Assembly (NCBI GenBank): GCA_051745145.1
Contig: JBNJDT010000023.1
Span: 1 to 21,289 of the forward strand
Direction: 5' to 3'
From: Elusimicrobiota bacterium
GTDB lineage: Bacteria > CG03 > SLGR01 > JAGXOG01
DNA: 21,289 nucleotides
A program made the translations under genes and the position numbers. This document shows, piece after piece, positions 16,633-21,289 of the stretch. Within the stretch, counting starts at the first letter, position 1. Each line of letters opens with the position of its first letter. The notes beneath the pieces were generated by a model that was not told the origin of the DNA, did not search any database, and worked only from the letters and a program-made list of their open reading frames with translations.

Positions 16633-16686
16633 ATGAGTAATATAAAAATAACAAAAATAAATATCGGCTGGTGGCGCATCATGTAG
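16633..16686 (+). CDS. trpL: trp operon leader peptide MSNIKITKINIGWWRIM (17 aa); not in the ORF track
   Basis: ATG at 16633 to TAG at 16686. Tandem TGG TGG codons at 16669-16674 in a GWWR motif, as in E. coli TrpL ([14 protein letters not shown]). It lies directly upstream of attenuator hairpins and trpE. Confidence 0.9.
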   Translation: MSNIKITKINIGWWRIM

Positions 16687-16790
16687 TAAGGGTGCGCTTA
16701 TAACATCCAGTAATTGTAATAGGGCATCCGTTTTTAATGGTGCCCTATTTTAGTTTTTAAAAGCGGGCCCCAAAAGCCCGTTTTTTTTAT
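16668..16790 (+). promoter_or_regulatory. Ribosome-mediated trp transcription attenuator
   Basis: Stems: GCGCATC 16674-80 / GGTGCGC 16691-97; AATAGGGCA 16718-26 / TGCCCTATT 16741-49; CGGGC 16764-68 / GCCCG 16776-80. Mutually exclusive alternative pairings are also present. Confidence 0.85.
16759..16788 (+). terminator. Intrinsic terminator of the attenuator
   Basis: AAAAGCGGGC-cccaaaa-GCCCG followed by T8 (16781-16788). Confidence 0.85.
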
Positions 16791-16814
16791 TTTGTACTGA
16801 GGAGGAAAAAATAA

Positions 16815-18272
16815 GTGAATAATATAGATGTAAAAGTAATAAAAAATAAGATAATAGCAGACCGGTTTACCCCGGTGGAGGCCTATTCTAAGTTTAAAAC
16901 CAGGGATTATTCTTTTTTATTGGAGAGCGTGGAAAAAGGACAATCCGGGAGATATTCTTTTTTGGGGTTTTCTCCGTTTAAAATTTATAAAATTTTTGAA
17001 AATAGAGTAGTTATACTAAAGAGAACCAAAAAAGAGACTTATGTAAAAGAAAAGGCAGTAAAAACAAATCAGCCCCTGGAATTTATAAAAAAAGAAAAAA
17101 ACAGGTTTAAACTTTCAAAAAAGATTAAAGGATTAGCCGGAGGCGGTTTTATAGGTTATTTAGGATATGAAAGTATACAGGAATGGGAAAAAATAAATTT
17201 TAAGAACCCGGGGTATGATAAAATGCCCGTGGGGATATTACTTTTGACCGATGAATTAATTAAATTTGATCACAAATACAAAACGGCTGACATTATAAAA
17301 CTACAGTTTCAAAAAGACGGTAATACCGTTAACGGTAATTCTCCTCAAAAGAGACTTAAAGAAATAGAAGAAATATTAACCCGAACTTCGCCAGAGATGG
17401 AGAGCATAAAATTTAGTTCTCGAAAAGATATTAAAATAAAATCCAATTTTTCCAAAGCTGAATTTATACAGAGCGTTAAAAATGTAAAAAAAGATATATA
17501 TGGCGGAGAGATAATTCAGGCCGTACTATCTCAAAGACTGCAGACTGAAAAAAAAGTAGATCCTTTTAATTACTACCGTGCTTTGAGAGTGGTAAATCCG
17601 TCGCCGTATATGTTTTATCTAAATTTTAAAGAATTCAAGTTATGCGGTTCGTCGCCGGAAATTATGGTAAAAGTAACCGGAAGTAAAGCCCAGCTTAAAC
17701 CTATAGCGGGAACCCGGCCCCGGGGCAACAGTTTATCCGAAGAGAACAAACTGTCAAAAGATTTAAAGGGGGATGTCAAAGAAAAAGCCGAACATATAAT
17801 GCTGGTGGATTTAGGAAGAAATGATCTGGGGAAAGTTTGCAAATACGGTTCGGTTAAAGTTAAAAATTTAATGAATGTCGAAAAATATTCTCATGTTATG
17901 CATATGGTTACTAAAGTTACCGGTAAATTGGAAGATAATATTGATGCTGTGGATGTATTTAAGGCCAGTTTTCCGGCGGGAACGGTTAGCGGTGCCCCAA
18001 AAATCAGAGCCATAAAAATAATTGACCGGGAAGAAAATAGAGCCCGGGGACCGTATGCCGGGGCGGTGGGATATTTTACTTTAGGCGGGGATATGGATAC
18101 CTGCATAGTTATAAGAACTATGTTGATAACTAAAGATCAGGTTTTTGTTCAGGCAGGCGCGGGGATTGTAGCAGATTCCGTGCCGGAAAAAGAGTACCGG
18201 GAAACCCAAAGTAAAGCCCGTGCTCTCTTAGAAGCGGTAAAATTGGGGAATAATGCAGCAGGAGGTAAATAA
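16815..18272 (+). CDS. trpE: Anthranilate synthase component I
   Basis: RBS GAGGAGG with GTG start. Motifs FLLESVE...GRYSFLG, GEIIQAVLSQR, YRALRVVNPSPYMFY, SSPE, PIAGTRPRG, EKAEHIMLVDLGRNDLG, FPAGTVSGAPKIRA, QAGAGIVADS. The Trp-feedback motifs LLES and NPSPYM are present. Confidence 0.95.
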   Translation: MNNIDVKVIKNKIIADRFTPVEAYSKFKTRDYSFLLESVEKGQSGRYSFLGFSPFKIYKIFENRVVILKRTKKETYVKEKAVKTNQPLEFIKKEKNRFKLSKKIKGLAGGGFIGYLGYESIQEWEKINFKNPGYDKMPVGILLLTDELIKFDHKYKTADIIKLQFQKDGNTVNGNSPQKRLKEIEEILTRTSPEMESIKFSSRKDIKIKSNFSKAEFIQSVKNVKKDIYGGEIIQAVLSQRLQTEKKVDPFNYYRALRVVNPSPYMFYLNFKEFKLCGSSPEIMVKVTGSKAQLKPIAGTRPRGNSLSEENKLSKDLKGDVKEKAEHIMLVDLGRNDLGKVCKYGSVKVKNLMNVEKYSHVMHMVTKVTGKLEDNIDAVDVFKASFPAGTVSGAPKIRAIKIIDREENRARGPYAGAVGYFTLGGDMDTCIVIRTMLITKDQVFVQAGAGIVADSVPEKEYRETQSKARALLEAVKLGNNAAGGK

Positions 18273-18273
18273 A

Positions 18274-19287
18274 ATGTTAAATAAAGCACTTAAAAAATTA
18301 GCGGCCGGTAGAAATTTATCACCGGAGGGTATGGAAGAAAGTATGGATATGATTATGAGCGGACAGGCTACTTCTTCTCAGATAGGGGCCTTCATATCAC
18401 TTTTAAGATTAAAGGGAGAAACAGTTTCCGAAATTACCCAGGCCGTCCGGGTAATGAGAGATAAATGCAGTAAGGTAAAGACCGGGTTACCGGTAATGGA
18501 TACCTGTTCTACGGGGGGGACGGGCATTAACCATTTTAATGTTTCAACAACTATAGCTTTTATCGTGGCCGGAGCCGGCGTCAATGTAGCCAAGCACGGA
18601 AATAGAGCAGTTTCCGGCCGGTGCGGCTCGGCGGATGTTTTAGAAGAACTGGGCGTTAATATCAATCTTACACCCGGGGAAGCCGCAAAAGTTCTTGAAA
18701 ATACGGGGATATGTTTTATGTACGCCCCGGTTCATCATAAGGCCATGAAATATGCCGCCGGCCCCCGGAAAGAACTGGGAATCCGGACTATTTTTAATAT
18801 TATAGGACCCCTGACAAATCCGGCAGATGCAGAATTTCAGCAGCTGGGGGTCTACAAAAAAGAGCTGGTGGAGAAACTGGCCCGGGTTTTAAATAATTTA
18901 GATGTTAAAAAAGCTCTGGTAGTGCACGGCGAAGACGGTCTGGATGAAATTACTCTTTCCGGAAAAACTTTTGTATCGGAAGTTTCCGGGGGCAGGGTAA
19001 AAAATTATCATCTTACTCCCTCCGATTTTGGTTTAAAAAGTTATCCTTTAAAAGCAGTTAAAGGAGGGGATAAAAAAGAGAATGCCCGGATTTTAAAAGA
19101 TGTGTTAGAAGGTCAAAAAGGAGCTTACCGGGATTATATACTTGCCAATTCTGCCAGCGCTTTTTATGTTTTCAATAAAGTAGATAATTTTAAAGAGGGG
19201 GTAAAGCTGGCCCGGAAAACTATAGATAAGGGGAAGGCCCTTGAAAAATTAAAACTTTTGATAGAGAAAACCGGAGAGTTTAAATAA
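18274..19287 (+). CDS. trpD: Anthranilate phosphoribosyltransferase
   Basis: Motifs LRLKGET, DTCSTGG...FNVST, KHGNRAVSGRCGSADVLEELG, RKELGIRTIFNIIGPLTNP, VHGEDGLDE. Start moved from 18253 to ATG 18274 because of RBS GGAGGT at 18261-66 and the TAA-A-ATG junction with trpE. Confidence 0.95.
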   Translation: MLNKALKKLAAGRNLSPEGMEESMDMIMSGQATSSQIGAFISLLRLKGETVSEITQAVRVMRDKCSKVKTGLPVMDTCSTGGTGINHFNVSTTIAFIVAGAGVNVAKHGNRAVSGRCGSADVLEELGVNINLTPGEAAKVLENTGICFMYAPVHHKAMKYAAGPRKELGIRTIFNIIGPLTNPADAEFQQLGVYKKELVEKLARVLNNLDVKKALVVHGEDGLDEITLSGKTFVSEVSGGRVKNYHLTPSDFGLKSYPLKAVKGGDKKENARILKDVLEGQKGAYRDYILANSASAFYVFNKVDNFKEGVKLARKTIDKGKALEKLKLLIEKTGEFK

Positions 19288-19893
19288 GTGATGAGAAATA
19301 TAATAGTAATAGATAATTACGATTCTTTTGTCTATAATCTCTGCGATTATGTAGGCACTATGAAAAAGACCGAAATCGAAGTCTATAGAAATGACCGGAT
19401 AACTGTCCGGGAAGTTTTAGATAAAAATCCGGACCTGGTTATTATATCCCCCGGTCCGGGGCGGCCGGAAAATGCAGGTGTGAGTATGGAATTAATAGAA
19501 AAGGCCCAGAAAAAAGTGCCGGTTTTGGGAGTATGTCTGGGACATCAATGTCTGGCGGCCGTTTATGGAGCCGGGGTTGTAAAATCTAAAAATATTATGC
19601 ACGGTAAGACTTCTCGCATATTTTACGATGAGAAGGAAAAAATATTTAATGGAATAAACAATCCCTTTGCCGCTACCCGCTATCACTCTCTGATAGTGGA
19701 TCCAGAATCGGTGGGGAAAAATTTAAAGGTTATTGCCCGGACTGAAAAAAATGAGATAATGGGGATTAAACATACCCGTTTTGCCCAGTATGGTTTACAG
19801 TTTCATCCGGAATCCATTCTCACTGATTCAGGCTATAAATTATTAAAAAATACGCTTAATATGTTGACTAAAAAAAATGACAGAATAAAATAA
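19288..19893 (+). CDS. trpG: Anthranilate synthase component II (glutamine amidotransferase)
   Basis: Motifs IDNYDSFVYNL, IISPGPGRP, LGVCLGHQ, RYHSL, GLQFHPES. The start is GTG 19288 or ATG 19291. Confidence 0.93.
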   Translation: MMRNIIVIDNYDSFVYNLCDYVGTMKKTEIEVYRNDRITVREVLDKNPDLVIISPGPGRPENAGVSMELIEKAQKKVPVLGVCLGHQCLAAVYGAGVVKSKNIMHGKTSRIFYDEKEKIFNGINNPFAATRYHSLIVDPESVGKNLKVIARTEKNEIMGIKHTRFAQYGLQFHPESILTDSGYKLLKNTLNMLTKKNDRIK

Positions 19894-19933
19894 TTAATAC
19901 AGGGGTTTAAAGTTGTTATGGGAGAAGAATAAA

Positions 19934-20722
19934 ATGAATTTTTTAAATGACATAGTTAAATATAAAGAAAAAATTATTGCAGATAATATTGATAATTTAA
20001 AAAAGATAAAAAAAGAGGTATCTGCCGGTAAAACTACAGGAAATAACAGGTTTTTGGATAACCTGAAAGGTCCGGGATTAAGCGTAATAGCGGAAGTTAA
20101 ACTTGCGTCTCCTTCGGAAGGAAAGATATCTAATTTTTCAGTGGAAGAATTAGCCGGATTTTATGAGGAGGCAAGAGCGGATTGTGTTTCTGTTCTCACC
20201 GAGGATAAATATTTTAAGGGGAACCTAGAAAATATTAAGCGGGTAAAGAAAAAGTACACCGGCCCCGTGCTCATGAAAGATTTTATAGTAAGCGAATATC
20301 AAATATATCAGGCGTCGCATTTAGGAGCTGAAGCAATATTACTAATAAAAGCTCTGCTTGGAAAAACACAAGTGATTAAATTTGTAAAATTGGCCCGGGA
20401 GCTGGGTCTCTATTCTTTAGTTGAAATTCATCCATCTGACGATATATCAAAAATATTAGAATTGACTGAGAAAGAAGATGTTGAAATAATAGGGGTGAAC
20501 AACCGGAATCTTGATACACTGAAAATTAATTATTCAAATCACAAAAATATGATAAAAATGCTGCCGCCGGGCCCGCTGAAAATTGCCGAAAGCGGGATAA
20601 AAACAAAAAGTCAGGCCAAAAAAGTGTATAAAACGGGTTACGACGGAATACTCATTGGCAAAGGAGCTATCGCAAACAGTAATCCGGTGAAATTTATAAA
20701 GGAGCTCAGGGCAGTATGTTAA
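19934..20722 (+). CDS. trpC: Indole-3-glycerol-phosphate synthase
   Basis: Motifs VIAEVKLASPSEG, SVLTEDKYFKG, PVLMKDFI, LVEIH, IIGVNNRNL, IAESGI. ATG 19934 is preferred over TTG 19913 because GGAG sits at 19921-24. Confidence 0.93.
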   Translation: MNFLNDIVKYKEKIIADNIDNLKKIKKEVSAGKTTGNNRFLDNLKGPGLSVIAEVKLASPSEGKISNFSVEELAGFYEEARADCVSVLTEDKYFKGNLENIKRVKKKYTGPVLMKDFIVSEYQIYQASHLGAEAILLIKALLGKTQVIKFVKLARELGLYSLVEIHPSDDISKILELTEKEDVEIIGVNNRNLDTLKINYSNHKNMIKMLPPGPLKIAESGIKTKSQAKKVYKTGYDGILIGKGAIANSNPVKFIKELRAVC

Positions 20723-21289
20723 TAAAAATATGCGGCATAACTAATAAAAAAGACAGGGACAGCTGTATAAAATCGGGGGCCGATCTTATAGGATACAATA
20801 TTTATCCGGGTTCTAAAAGATATATGGTTCTGCCGGATATAAAAAATCTCATTACAGAGAAAAACAGAAAAATTTCTGTAATAGTCGGAGTTAATTTGGA
20901 TTTTTCGGGGTGGAAATCTGTAGTTACATCTCTAAAACCGGGATTTATACAACTTCACGGATCGGAGAATATTAATTTAATTAAAGAGCTTAAAAATAAT
21001 TTTCCCCGGCTAAAATTGATAAAGAAAGTTACTCACGAGGAGATAGATAAAATGGAAAGTATTTTAAGATACGCCGACTATTTATTGTGGGATAGTAAAT
21101 CTGAATCTCACGGCGGAACCGGCCGGCGGTTTAACTGGAAACTGTTAAATAAGATCCCCGGGGAAGTTAAAGACCGTTTATTTGTGGCCGGCGGAATAAA
21201 TCCGGACAACGTAACGGAGCTTTTTTCGTATGAAGTTTACGGAGTGGATGTAGCTTCCGGGGTTGAAGAAAACCCGGGTGTAAAAGACG
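20716..21289 (+). CDS. trpF: Phosphoribosylanthranilate isomerase; 3'-partial and absent from the ORF track
   Basis: ATG 20716 overlaps the trpC end. Hand translation gives MLIKICGITN...GADLIG...SKRY...IQLHGSE...LLWDSK..HGGTGRRFNW...FVAGGINPDNV...GVDVASGVEENPGVKD, with no stop before the window end. Confidence 0.93.
   Translation, partial: MLIKICGITNKKDRDSCIKSGADLIGYNIYPGSKRYMVLPDIKNLITEKNRKISVIVGVNLDFSGWKSVVTSLKPGFIQLHGSENINLIKELKNNFPRLKLIKKVTHEEIDKMESILRYADYLLWDSKSESHGGTGRRFNWKLLNKIPGEVKDRLFVAGGINPDNVTELFSYEVYGVDVASGVEENPGVKD

Noticed and set aside
16593..16814. T-box or TRAP regulation of the trp operon
   Set aside because: There is no T-box consensus (GGTGGNACC) and no regularly spaced (G/T)AG array. 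The WW leader peptide explains the region.
18253..18273. ORF-track starts for trpD (18253) and likewise trpC (19913)
   Set aside because: Better-placed RBS/ATG pairs exist at 18274 and 19934.
217..19686. Short ORFs of 60-132 aa in the ORF track (minus strand, plus 3366-3584 and 3915-4106 on the plus strand)
   Set aside because: All lie inside or largely overlap well-supported + strand genes and show no recognisable motifs. They are consistent with shadow ORFs.
16815..19893. pabB/pabA (folate) rather than trpE/trpG
   Set aside because: The Trp leader, the LLES and NPSPYM motifs, and the adjacent trpD/C/F support anthranilate synthase.
1..21289. CRISPR arrays, tRNA/rRNA, IS/integrase or prophage genes
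   Set aside because: No spaced direct-repeat array, RNA-gene-like segment, or transposase, integrase or phage motifs were seen. The window is almost fully protein-coding.

Overview
An AT-rich bacterial window with every credible gene on the + strand, in three blocks. (1) 1-2731: two paralogous, acidic, secreted Ig/FN3-like proteins, each ending in a FlgD-Ig / T9SS-type-A-like C-terminal domain. The first runs off the 5' edge. (2) 2927-16592: a tightly packed, probably co-transcribed envelope and signalling cluster behind a near-consensus sigma70 promoter. It encodes a membrane Hanks Ser/Thr kinase with PEGA repeats, a PorV/UPF0164-like outer-membrane barrel, an SLH plus coiled-coil membrane-anchored protein, a dual-FHA membrane protein with an FG-GAP propeller, a membrane PP2C phosphatase with PEGA, a TPR lipoprotein, a HAMP/HisKA_3 kinase with a NarL-type regulator, and a short orphan CpaF/TadA ATPase. 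This is the candidate undescribed system: a complete pThr writer/reader/eraser module joined to secretion and envelope parts. (3) 16599-end: a trp operon in the unusual order trpE-D-G-C-F, with trpF running off the 3' edge and missing from the ORF track. It is preceded by an unannotated leader peptide (MSNIKITKINIGWWRIM), probably leaderless, and a three-hairpin attenuator. CCGG looks strongly over-represented throughout. The gene content suggests a diderm bacterium such as Elusimicrobiota, but this is inference only. All calls come from reading motifs by eye; no searches were run.
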